From Phoronis australis (Eukaryota > Animalia > Phoronida): a stretch of 64,000 nt of DNA. Each line of letters starts with the position of its first letter. Positions within the stretch are counted from its first letter, which is position 1. The DNA lies in contig NMRA01000188.1 in NCBI GenBank assembly GCA_002633005.1, positions 205,080 through 269,079 on the forward strand, written 5' to 3'. Shown here in pieces: positions 1-12,012 of this stretch. The notes beneath the pieces were generated by a model. That model searched no databases. It saw only the letters and a list, made by a program, of their open reading frames with translations, and was not told the origin of the DNA. The position numbers and the translations under genes are program-made.

Positions 1-545
1 ATCATCGATCTCCAGTTTGAACACGAGTAACGTGTGGTTGGGATGCTTTGACTTGAACATTAAACTCAGTAACCAGTGGTAATCTACTTTAGCAGACAAT
101 ATTTTCAAGGTAGAAGCTTAGCATGACAAGATGTGTAGTAAGCTAGTCTAGAGTAGTTGCTTAAAATAAAAATTAATATTTTACAGCTTCACATTAGTTC
201 TATTTTATTTCCATTTTTATTTGGTTTTAAGTAAAAACATTTTAACAAGAAAAACTCGGCGTTTCTTGAAAGGTCACGACCTCAGGCCTCTGACATAAAA
301 AGTAGTTACAAAAGCCGGGGCGAGCAAAGAAAAGGTAGATCGATTCATTGCAATTTTTCTCGTTCAGTATGTGGTATAAATAGATTATTATATGTTCTCA
401 TTCATTATCCCCCTTGTCTAGAGCCCTCGTGGATTTTGAAGAATTATCGCCCTCGGGCCTAATGCCCTCGGGCAATAATTTTCCAAAATCTACTCGGGCT
501 CTAGATTGCAGGGGATAATGACTTGGCCATGTAATAATCTATATG
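1..545 (+). mobile_element. Partial copy (3' end) of Helitron2/Helentron-like non-autonomous element ending in a ~165-bp hairpin
   Basis: Reverse complement of 43198-43642 and 57398-57930. Imperfect palindrome ~378-543 (tagattatta...taataatcta) preceded by tgtggtataaa. Confidence 0.75.
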
Positions 546-3500
546 TATACATTACATAGAAATGTTGTTTCTGTAATAATACCTGCCTTCATCCCACATG
601 ATACGGTTGTGAAATAATTGTTATAACACCATGAAATACGTCAGAACTACTTTTCCGTAGTATCTTCTCTAGAGAAGATGACCGTTACCATCTCTAGAGA
701 AAATAACCCTGGCACTGTTGTAAGGATTACGGTATTTGGAGGGCTAAATCCATAATAATTACCATAGTTTATTTAACTGAGCTTGTTATAAGGTACCACT
801 AAGGTCTCACAATTCTGTACTGGTGTTATTGTCACAAATACTTGAAAAACACCTTACAAATGATAACTGGATTAAATATACAGCACAAATCATAAACATA
901 TCCGTCAAATACTAGTACAAACTGATCTTTTAATTTCAACAAAACTTGACGAAACTTAAACGATACAGCGACCTAAACGATACAGTGACCTCATTTGGCC
1001 AACTAGTCATGAATGAGTCATTGCTATGGGAAACATATTACTACGCCAAACACGGAAATCATAACCTCCGGGTCCTAACCATGTTGTGTTTAGTCAATAT
1101 AAGCAAATAACATCTCTAACAGTTACATATATATATTAAGTGTTTCCATTATCATATTCTTTTTTAATTCAAAGAAATTTTACCAAGTACCGGTAAATTC
1201 CCTTCTTTAGCATAACGTCTTGTTCTGATCCTCTGCTCAACCTACTGCTCGTCTGGTAGGCTATTTATCCGTTAATTCGTTGTTTGACGTTAACTTAGCT
1301 CCATATGCTGATTCGTTTATAATTGCTGCTATTTTACATGAAACATAAACACACACTTGATGAGTTCCAATTTCTTCGCAATTCCGCCACAGACGTAGCC
1401 AATACTGGTGAAGCCCTAGCTTAGATCAGCTTACATGTCACGTATCAAGATATAATAACCCACAGATATCATCACATATGTTATATAAAATATATTAATT
1501 TTCTTACAGCTTCAGTAGCTCCAGTTATACCAATTATACTAATTATAGTTTCCCCTGATTAAGCTATCTAAGCGAAATAGTGTAGGGCTCCTGCGCAACT
1601 TGGGGCCTCAGTTTGTAACAGGGTCACTCTTTGTAAAACTCATACAACGGGTTGAGGAGGGGGTTGTGACGAGAGAGGAGAAGCAACTGAAGCAGTCCAA
1701 ATTTATTCGGGATTAGAGCCCCGATAAACCTAAATCCCTCACTGATAGTCAAACAAAGAACTGAACACAGACATGAGTCAGAACACTGTGACCTCAAATC
1801 TCATATTTAGTTACTTTACTAAAAGCCATGTACATGTGCGCAAATCCACTGCGTAACCAAATAAATCACTGGCAACGCAGGCGTACTTTTCACTTGAAAT
1901 ACCAATACTTGACAAAGCAAGATCACCACAACTGAAAGACCCCACACTTAATAGCAGGTCCGTAGTAACAACTTTGCTTGACGTGGCTAAATGAAAAATC
2001 TCACAAATATCTTCTAATGTGCAACAGAGCTGGCATAAGATAGTTCCCAAAAGCAGGACTTAATGCACATTGTATGAGTAACAAGACTCTGAATACTTGA
2101 CAATTCTTTGCTAACGTGATCACAGGATTCCCGTGAGAGGCAAAACACAATTAAAGAAACTATCAAATCCTATGGTCTACAGATAAGCCATTACGACATT
2201 AAACCTTGAAGCCAGCGACACTTGTGCATCTGACGGCGGTTGTACTTTGCAGCCATATTTGATACTGCGATTTGCATGAACAATTTGCTCCTGGAGGACG
2301 TTTATCAAACTGCTGTGGAGAAACAGTTTTAGGACGGACAAACTCGAAGATTACTGGCAAAAACAGTGGAGAAGCTAGCTTGATAATTCTGAGGCAGATA
2401 TAGTGAGGTTAGAGATAATATGATCTGAACACCATGCCTACGCCCAACATTATCTGTTTCAATAACATACAAACAATATAGACTGAGATCTGTTTTTAGC
2501 ACACACAACAGTTTCTTAGCTCTACTAGATTATGCTATCTGACAACAATGGCTTGGAACAAAGAAATATACAGCCTTGGACCAAGAAACTGTACTTCAAT
2601 AAGAGCTATTTAATTCCTTTCTGGGTACATTAGTAACACTATGGATACACAGGGCCTTATAGAAAAGTCTGTGTATTCAGACGAATACCTATAAAACTAT
2701 AGAATCTAATTCAAGAAACGTATTTTCTGAAATCCGATAACCTGTACAATTTGGTTTTTTTTGGACTTGACACCAAATTGCCCATCTGTTAATTGGGTCA
2801 TTTGATCACATGTTTTTAGCAAATGACTAAATTTTACTTGATATTAATGTTCAAGATGATTTTTTAAAAACAGTGCAGTTTTTCAGTTATTTCCTTTTCG
2901 TTCCATGCTACTTTTCAGCTTAAGATAAACAAAGATCCTATTTGTACAGTCCCTCAAGCAACAGTGGATCACTTAATCAACAACTCCTAAGAGTGTTATG
3001 AAAAACAATGCATAAAGCATAGCATCTTAAAGTTTCTCATGAATCTAATCAGCCATTTCTGACACATGATATTTCAAAGTTCGTCAAATTAGGACATTCT
3101 TCTGTAAGTTCTTTAACATAATGTTCAATTTCAAATGGCCTATTAATGGCTGCAAACTGAAGACGCATTTGAGAAATTTACAACTAATGTAAACTGAAAG
3201 AGTCTACCAAATTCTCAACCGCAACAACTGATGATAATTCTTCTTAACATTAAATTTAGCAAGAATTGAAAAAAAAACATTCTGCAATGTCACCAGCCTC
3301 ACAAATTAACAATAAGTTTCAGTGGCTGATTACTGCCTCGTCATTTTCAACTATCCCTTCAATGGTCACGTTGCAAAACTTGAAAATGGCAAAGCAATAA
3401 GCTGGTGTTACATTAAAATGGCTTTCATAATAAGGCTAACTTCACACTGAAATCTGTAAAACAGAGCAATCCTCAGTAGACCCTCATCAAGATGAAAACA

Positions 3501-3594
3501 GTGGATTCAAGCTCGTCAACTATTTATAAAACATGCTAAATCTGCAAGCATAAAAGCACTCGACACTTGGCAAAATTAACTGAAAAGATGACAG

Positions 3595-3685
3595 TGGAGA
3601 TGATGATAACGATGACGCTGATGATGATAACAGTGTCAATGATGAACATGATGATAACAATCATATGACGAATGAAGATGTCAGA
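3595..3685 (+). repeat. Degenerate (GAT)n low-complexity tract
   Basis: gatgatgataacgatgacgctgatgatgataac...; no flanking splice signals that fit either gene. Confidence 0.6.
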
Positions 3686-4981
3686 AATGAGTAAGAAATA
3701 CAGTCTTATTCAACAGAAGGTAAACCAACAAAAGTGCAGCAAAATCAGTCAACAAAGGAACAGCACCATCACAAAATCCTGGATAATAAAACAAGACGTC
3801 GTAGCGAAAAATGGGAAACATCTTCTGAAAGCCTATAAGAAATACTATCTAACAGAGAAGTTTCACGAAATTCAACAAATTTTTTGAAAACTTTCATACT
3901 TTGCAATTTTTCGAAATTGAAAGTCAATAACTCAAAAACAGTAAGTCTGAGGAAAAAATTGTTACAGTTTATTTGAAAGAGTATACCTCAGAGAATCCAC
4001 AACCAAAAATTCACGTCATTTGCTCTTCCAATTCAAAATGGCACCCCTGCACGATTTAAAATGATGAAAATGCGTCAGATCCGAAATTTTGAAAACAACT
4101 TCCGATTAAGCAGCACTCGACAATAGCTGGCTACAGCAAACTAAGGCATGAAAAATTTCGAAGCAATTGGTCCTACAATGCACCCTCTACAAGACAAAAT
4201 GTCATCCTGAAATCGAGATGCTCATGCGCAATGGCCAATATTTCCGTCATCTTTGATCGGAGGTGAATGACTTTCAGCATATCTGTAGTCAACATCTGCT
4301 ACAATAATCATAATGATTTTCAGCCATCTAAATAAGAATCGTGGTTTCTATGAGCCTTTGAATCTGAATTCGAAAACAGAATGACCACCACGTTCGCCAT
4401 CTTGAATTCGATCATCACAAAAAACAATAGGGTTCCAGCTCTTTCGGAACCAGAGGTTGTGTGTGAATTTCACGGAAATCAGACGAAAAACGTGACCTGT
4501 AGAGTGTGAACAAACACAAAAAAGAAAGAATTAAGATACTTGCCGAAAAATTTTGCCAAGTAAAAATTATATAAGGAAAAAACCTTGATGTCAGAGCAAC
4601 ATACTTGGTGAAATTTCAATTTCACCAAGTAATGACAAACATTTCTAGTGAGTTAGTGAATGGGCACAATGCCTATAGCGAGAGGACCGAGTGTCTTCAG
4701 TCACCCTGTGCATTTTGTAACACAGTGAGGACAGAGTTTCAGCTGAAGAATGCTTTTTGTGGAAGTATTAAATTTTACAGGATAGGTGATGGAATCAATA
4801 ATTGGGTAAAATTACCAACACACAGCTTAGTATCCTTTTTAACAATATCTTGAATGGTTGTGAGCAGTCACAACAATGTCAGACGTCCTTGAAAATTGAA
4901 AAATGGCAATTTTTGTAACAAATTTGGCAACAATTCCCATACAAAGCCTATGAGATTTTACCGTACCGATACATAAGTTTG

Positions 4982-4995
4982 GTCGCCATAGAAAC
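4982..4995. promoter_or_regulatory. RFX X-box-like motif in the Tubby intron next to coding exon 3 donor
   Basis: gtcgccatagaaac fits GTYNCY-AT-RGNAAC. Confidence 0.35.
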
Positions 4996-5011
4996 TACAC
5001 TACTGTCTTAC

Positions 5012-5180
5012 CATGAGGATGATAACTCAAATTGTTGGCTCTGTTGGACTTGCCCGAGACTAGTCTTTCCTTGCCTTCCTCCCTCCGCCGCTGGCCAGAG
5101 CGAGGTCTTTCCTCGTTGCTAGCTAACATCATCCCCGGTTGTCGTTTGTTCTTTTCCTGCCTCTGTTTGATCAGTTCTCT
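5012..5180 (-). CDS. TUB: Tubby-family protein, coding exon 3 (RELIKQRQEKNKRQPGMMLASNEERPRSGQRRREEGKERLVSGKSNRANNLSYHPH)
   Basis: Acceptor ttctttatag, donor gtaag, 169 nt (phase 0 to 1). Peptide resembles the vertebrate TUB/TULP3 N-terminus ([25 protein letters not shown]). Confidence 0.88.
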
Positions 5181-5570
5181 CTATAAAGAACAACGGACAT
5201 CTTTAAGAGGGGTAATGAAATACGATTCAGACTATTAACAGATGCTAACTACTACTTTCTCCTTGTAATTTTTAAAACACTGCACTATTAACGTTTTACT
5301 CTTCAAAATTTTGGAACAAGTTTGACAACTCCTTACAAAATCTGCTAAATCAACAAATATGACTAGCACTTCACTCAGATTCACTTCACAATTGTTGGCA
5401 AAGACTGCCTGTACCTCAAAACAAAAAAATCCAGTGAAAAAGTGTTTTATTGGAATAACAATTTTCAATGCGAGACAACCAGCTTTTACTGAACATAATG
5501 AAACAGAGTTAAGTATCCCTTTAAATATGAAGGCCACTTCCTAGAACATGTCACGGTCTAGGACATTTAA

Positions 5571-7508
5571 ACGAGAATGCCACCAAAAAACAACCTATTT
5601 TGTATCAATTTAGATCGAGTAGTTCCACTCGATAACAGCAAATTACAGCTATTTTACCCCCGACACCTGACGGCAGACGGAGGAGTTGAAATTAATCAAT
5701 GATGTCACAGGTTCGAATGCAGTCTGTTCAGCAGTTCACAACCCGCTTACTGGTGTCAGCTTATCGTTTGAATTCATCGTTTTACACCAATAAATCATCA
5801 AAATTCGACGTAAAACCGTAACAAATACATAGAGTAATTGAACAAACGTGTGCATACAAACTAAGGTAGGCCAATTTACCAAGGTCGGTCACGGGAGTTT
5901 GGGGTCTGTTCGGTGATAAATTCAAATTATTCATCCGTGAAATACAGATAGGAGAAATTTCTAAATTTAGACTTGTGATTTCTTTCAGTTCTAAACACGC
6001 AAAACGCTTGCTATCCCAGCCAGTGGCTCGGAACCTGATCAGGACCATCGCGGCCGGACTGACTGAAGACATCACGAACATAAACCAGCCTAAGTTGGAA
6101 ACTACGCTTCCAGTCATGAAAAGACTATACTAGTGAGCCAAAGAAAAAATGTGCACGTACATGATTATTTTGGTGAATTAGCCGCGAAACTGCAAATCTA
6201 CTTACTCTTAAGCTCATCGAGGGCCGCGAGGTCAGGTTACCCTTCCACACAATCGTCCGGGCAAAAGTTGTACAGGAACAATGATTCGAATAATGTATAT
6301 GAATATCTATTCCCCTGACCACAGGATATAATATCGAGTTATTGTTTCACAACAGCTTTCTATCAGCAAACACTGAATTAGCATGCGCACACACGACCTC
6401 GGTGCCCGGTCAATTAGTTTATTGCATCTAAAGCCAGTAACGCAGTGATTTATTAATTGCTGGCTTCTCAAAACATTTCCACTCACAAACACTCCAAGGC
6501 ATTACAAAATGTATCTAATGAGACAGACTTTGTTTCAGTATTATGTACCTTGGTTAGGGTGAAAATAATTCATTTTGAAACAGAACACACAATAATAAAC
6601 GTCAACGTGGCAACTCGCAATCCCGACTTAGACGAGTGCTCATCCGACGAAGACTTCACAGGTCAATCGTTAGGTTTCACAGGAATACACCGATCAACAA
6701 AGAATAGAAAGGCTCTGTGAAAATGCACAGACAACAGAACATATGGATAGTTCCGAAAACCGTTTGAATGACTTGTCATGGTGTCAGTGAGCTAACTGCA
6801 TGATAATGGAAATGACTGACGCTTGCGTTTGCTGCCATGAAATTCTGCAAGTGACCTTCTTGGAGAAGTGCAAATGTGTCTCACGAACAATCCTGATTTT
6901 GCACCGCATCTTAACAGATGTGTGCTTACGGCGTTTTTTAGGGCTGAGAATTTGAAAGAAGTGGCGAAAACATTCTACACCCAGAGGACCAAACAGAAGC
7001 CTTATGAACGAGCCAGTCACCAAACAGGTTACATAAAACGTTATGTTCTCACGTCTTGAATTAATTGTAATTGTTTATGTTTTCATGGCCAACTATACAT
7101 TCTCCATAATCAAAAACTGATCAACAACCGATCATGATCCCACAAAATGCAGGACACTGTCAGACATGGATAAGTTTCACGGCCTCATACTTGGTATTAA
7201 CGGCGTACTTTTCATTCTTCACTACCGCAAGCTACTTCCGAAGCATTATGGGCGCTCAAGGAAATCGAAAAAAGAATATACCCACTTTCCTCAAAGCTTC
7301 ATAGTTCATACAAGTGGGATCGATATACCGCACCATAGCCGCACTCACTCTGCAGAAGAACCATTGATGTCGCTGCATCGATTCTCACCTTCCTCACAGG
7401 TTAACGAGACACCTCTCGGCGAGGTAAGATCGACCGCATACGAGGTGATGTGGATATAGACCGATTAAGACGGTAAAAAAGATTAATTAAATTGGGTGGC
7501 ATTCTCCT
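5571..7508. mobile_element. Non-autonomous Kolobok-type DNA transposon, copy A
   Basis: TIRs a(c/g)gagaatgccacc...ggtggcattctcct flanked by TTAA (5567-5570) and TTGA. Homologous in inverted orientation to 46185-48552. Confidence 0.85.
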
Positions 7509-8789
7509 TTGATAACATATTTATGCCACTCAGTAATGGCACCACCTCTACATAGGGTCACTCAATGCAAATATCTGTGCATCTTGTTCTATATATTCTG
7601 CATAAATACAATACTTCCCATGGAAACTCGGGTGCAAGCTTGTGGCATAGATATCGGAAGACGGGCATATCTATTGTTCATTTTGTTGTTCTTTCTTATA
7701 ATAGCGACAATGGTAAGCATTTATTGATAACCAGCTGATGTGCGCCCAAGGAACGATATCCTGCACTGTTATATCCAACAAAGACACAACAAAGGAAAAT
7801 AATGGTAGCGTTCCATAGGAGGTAACCGTGTGGCGAGCCTACAGCCGTCACATGGATCTCACAAGTTAAACAATAGCTTGCAAAATCCATACAACATCAT
7901 TTGGCATGGGTTAGTCTCCACTGTTTGATGTATTCTCTATGGCAAAAGTTAACAACTAAATGCATGTCAACCGGGTAAGTTTCTAATAAGGAATTCAGTT
8001 TTACCTTACATGATGCCAACTGCAAGAGGGCAGACGGAATGAAGCTAAAAATTACCTTGATCCTTGGGTGACACATTAGAGGTTAAAATAGAACAAATGT
8101 TCTACAGTAATAAGTGTCCCAGAAGAGCAAGTCCATTGTAACACCAGTATAGAGTAATCACTTTTCAAGTTACCCTTCTTGTCCAAAGTTAAGAAAGCAT
8201 TTACTTGTACATATCTCGTACCTCCCAGCCAATGTACATCAAAGGAATATTTCCGTCAAGTTTGAAAATTCTATTGCGGAGACACTGATCACTCATCAGA
8301 ATTGAAACAAGATATATAGGAAGACGTGGATGAATAAGCTGTAAGGTATACTGCACACCCTAAAAAGAGATTCATGGGTGTTCAGAGGATGCAAACACTG
8401 GCCTCGGGGCACCAGCAGAGCCAATCGACATCAACCTAGGTAACTTGATACTGAGCACCTGGATGGCATGTCATATCACAGTTCCTGTAGTTGATGTGGA
8501 ATATGTGAAGACAATGAAACAATCGTTCAACACAGAAAATCAATACCAGCACTTTCAACCATAACAGTTCTGTTACATAAATGAATATGTGGTGTAATAT
8601 TGTTATTTTTCAGGTCAGTCATTATATGCTACAATAGCAGACTTTTCATACTGGCGTTCTCTAGAGTAATGACAGCAAGAAAGCGACTTCCCTTTATCCC
8701 GCTCTCAGATTCGGTGGACAGAAATTTACAATTTAACAGAGGATTAAATCCCACTGTCAATCCCCCTTTGTTTGATGAGGTCAAGCTGA

Positions 8790-9005
8790 CTAATTTTATT
8801 TTAAGTTTTCAACATGGGCTATGATCGATATTCTCCCGCTTTATCAGTTGCAAATGACCGACTATACGGCCGCAGCTCTTCTTCGTAGTGGGAAATGTAC
8901 GGGACATGATGTCCTTCACCCGTAGATATTTCAAGAGGTTTGCCTCTTTCTGTAACCCAATAGTGCATCCAACCGCACATCGGAGAAAATTTACCAGCAT
9001 TATGA
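8790..9005 (-). pseudogene. Possible decayed THAP-domain N-terminus of a transposase
   Basis: MLVNFLRCAVGC...RTFPTTKK...LIKRENIDHSPC* resembles the THAP CAVxGC / FP / IxR pattern. The conserved W and CSxHF are lost. Confidence 0.3.
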
Positions 9006-10416
9006 CAGCAGCAAAGGTGATGAACCGCTCTTTATAACAGTAGGTTGAAACCTCCTACTTGCATTATTACATGAGACCTGTAAGTGGCACTGAATGCCAG
9101 TCCACCAAAGACCTGATCGCCATCTGGCATGTTAATGAATTTCAATATGGCACTGCTATTTCAAAAATCAGTTATTTGGCATCCGTTCCTAAATACATCG
9201 GATGAGGCTGCCTTGTCAGTTCTTGCTAATTTTATGCACATAAAAATTTGGCACCAACACCCAACTCAAACTCATTCACTCAGTCTCGCTACATTTTTCC
9301 ATACAACAATTGTATTTGAGTACCTAAGTATGCAATTTGAAATTGAAAAAAATGCCAAAATGTTAGGACTGACCTGCCATATGAAAGCCATCAAAGACCT
9401 TGAAGATGCAAACTACATAAATCTAAGTGCAAAAACTCCTTCCATTTGTTTGCACTGAGAATGATGCAGTGCGAATTTCTCAAGAAAAAATAACTAAGTT
9501 TTGTATTCATGAAATAAAAAGCCTGGACATACTTCGACTTTGTGTAGAATTCTATTATTGGGTGATTCGAGTTTGGTCCTTTAGCACTGAATACGTGCCA
9601 AACATGGAAATAAAACACATCCGCTACAAAATGTCACATGATCCTGTTTCTTTGCTTGGCACTGAATATGTGGCCACAAGGAAAAAATAGGTCAACCACA
9701 AAATGTCACGCGTATAACACTGTTACTTTGGCTTCAGAAGTGAACTGGGATTTAGCTCTTAAAACTGCCAGAAAATAATGGTTCTTTAGCAGAATATATT
9801 AGTTGCTTAATATGAGGCTGTGGTAGACTTTAGACCTGGCAAGTGTCAATTTCAACAACGCGACCATTCATAATGCAGTGCACTAGACGCTAACAAGGTG
9901 ATGTAGCTAGCGACCAGGTGACGACCAAGTGTAAAAGTATAAAATGAGTAGAAAATTGGCCTCACCCATACCAGCGTTTTTATTTTGCTTGTCACACTTT
10001 ATGAGATTGAAGTACCGAGTGGCAAATATGTCGTCACCTCTATTTTCGAGCGGACACCTTTGCTTGTGTCAAGGGCTGATTTGTTTGTGTAAGTCTCAAT
10101 AGCACATCCAAATTTTGTTTCGTATTAATGTTCAAGATGATATCTCAAAAAACCGGATGCAGTTTTCTAAATTAATGTTCCATTTTTGATCTGTGAAACT
10201 TGGATTTTTTTCATAAAAATTGGAGAACAGAGCATCAACCATACTATCAGAAACTTTTATACGAATTAGACCAGCCATTTCCAAGAAATGCTGTTCCAAA
10301 TTTGGACTTTTTTTCTAGCATCCTAAATAACGTCAACACAATATATCCATATTACTAGACGCTGACCCTTCAATACGTTAGCTAATATTCCTGTCATAGC
10401 ACGCAACAACCAAATT

Positions 10417-10430
10417 GTTGCCATAGCAAC
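10417..10430. promoter_or_regulatory. Near-palindromic RFX X-box in a Tubby intron
   Basis: gttgccatagcaac is an exact X-box consensus match, about 480 bp from coding exon 2. Confidence 0.4.
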
Positions 10431-10907
10431 TTAGCACAACTGTCTCGGATGTATAATTGCGTACCTGAAAATATTTGATGTCTGAAACGCTGGATGATGA
10501 CGATCAACATCAGTGTAAGGCAAAAGCAACAGAATGAACAGAAAAACTGGCATTTTATGACATAACTAGTCAGAACATGCTTTTTGACTCAAAAGCTAAA
10601 TCTCCAAAAAATGCACGTGACAGCATTGTCTATTCACTTAGAGCCTCTATGACCAAGAAAGCATGTCTATACATAAATACCACATCATCGTGCTTTTCGT
10701 CATCACGGCACCAAAAACCAAACATCCTCTAAAGGTTTTTTGATTCAACAATCTGACGAGCACCTCTCAACTCAACTCAACCAAAAATAAATACACTCGC
10801 TATGTACTGCGAACTGATGTTTCATAACCCTCATCAAGTTCCAGCATGAATCAGTGCCATCCACAAGCCATTAACGTGCGCTGACCTGTCATCAGTAAAA
10901 AACTGAC

Positions 10908-10971
10908 CTGTTTCTGCATCTTCTGCTGTCGTATGCTTTGAGACGGGACATCATCACCATCGTCAGGCACA
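10908..10971 (-). CDS. TUB: Tubby-family protein, coding exon 2 ((S)VPDDGDDVPSQSIRQQKMQKQ)
   Basis: Acceptor ctgtctggttccag, donor gtcag, 64 nt (phase 2 to 0). Matches TUB SVLDDEGRNLRQQKLDRQ and splices in frame to the 5012-5180 exon. Confidence 0.88.
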
Positions 10972-11977
10972 CTGGAACCAGACAGAGATAGTAAAGAGAT
11001 TCCGTCCATATGTTAATGCATTAGACAGACGTGAATGAAAACTGCCTGGAGTGTTGGTCATGCAGCATAGAGAGGAAGTAACTGACGGATGTGACAAGAC
11101 GTCACAAAGATATCAAGTAACATAATTAAGCGTGTCACTTGAGCGTCACATCATCAAGCCCTAGCGAGAGTGATTAAAAATAATTAGAAGTGCTTACAGC
11201 GCAAAAATCACTCATAAAACTGCGTAACGTGTGGTACACTGATTTTTCACCTATTTAGCACACAGGATAGCGGAAAAGTGAAATGTGTTTCGTCAACAAA
11301 AATAGTTTTGGTTAGGTTTGATTTACATTGTTCTGATGTTATAAAACAATGTTTAACAAGTTTTCTTTATTTCCAACAAGGTAATCGACCAATGAGAAAT
11401 AGAAAACATCAATTTTTGGAATTAGTTCGCGCAAAACAAAAAAGTGAAGAGTTGTAGATTGAAGTGATTCATTTACTTTACAACAGACACCAATTCAAGA
11501 ACATTCTTCTAATCAAGAAATTAAAGACGAAAACTGAAGCAATAAAAAACCTTCTTGATTAAAACCTGTGTAGCACAATCTTTGAATATTTTGGGGTAGA
11601 ACCCATGGACTTCATTCTTTAAAACCGCGAGTTACATTTACTTCCCAATTACACAACAATGCCAAAGACATAGTTGGTTCTGATCTGCTTTTTTTTAAAG
11701 AGACATGGTGGAGCACATTTTGAGCTGTTCGTTTTCCAAAAAGCAAGTTTCAAAATAAGACGGGGCACAGACCAGATTTAACGATGCTTTTTTGCCCTAA
11801 CACCGTAGTCCAAATGAAGTTCACTGATTGTTCCATCTGGAAGATTTACCACTGTTGCCTCAATTTTAAAATTAGAATTTGAACCTCATAACATCAGCTT
11901 GACCTACTTCTGATTTGTGGTGTGTGGAACTTAATTCTTAATTATGAAATAATTGAAAAAAACACATAAGAGCTTAC

Positions 11978-12012
11978 CTGCCAGGTGGACCGTTCATCCA
12001 ACCTCCCGACAT
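11978..12012 (-). CDS. TUB: Tubby-family protein, first coding exon (MSGGWMNGPPG-S); whole exon 11978-12027
   Basis: Strong acceptor tttctttttcatttcag, ATG in aaaATG context, donor ag|gtaag. The 35 coding nt give phase 2, matching the next exon. Confidence 0.8.

Noticed and set aside
1175-1335. Possible next Tubby exon on the minus strand (AIINESAYGAKLTSNNELTDK*)
   Set aside because: Weak acceptor, in-frame stop in the required phase, no family similarity.
1590-2450. Possible LTR retrotransposon remnant (tgtaaca start, PBS-like flank)
   Set aside because: No second LTR, TSD or gag/pol motif could be confirmed.
3595-3690. Acidic DDD-coding stretch as the Tubby acidic linker
   Set aside because: It is acidic only on the plus strand, opposite to the Tubby gene, and lacks splice sites.
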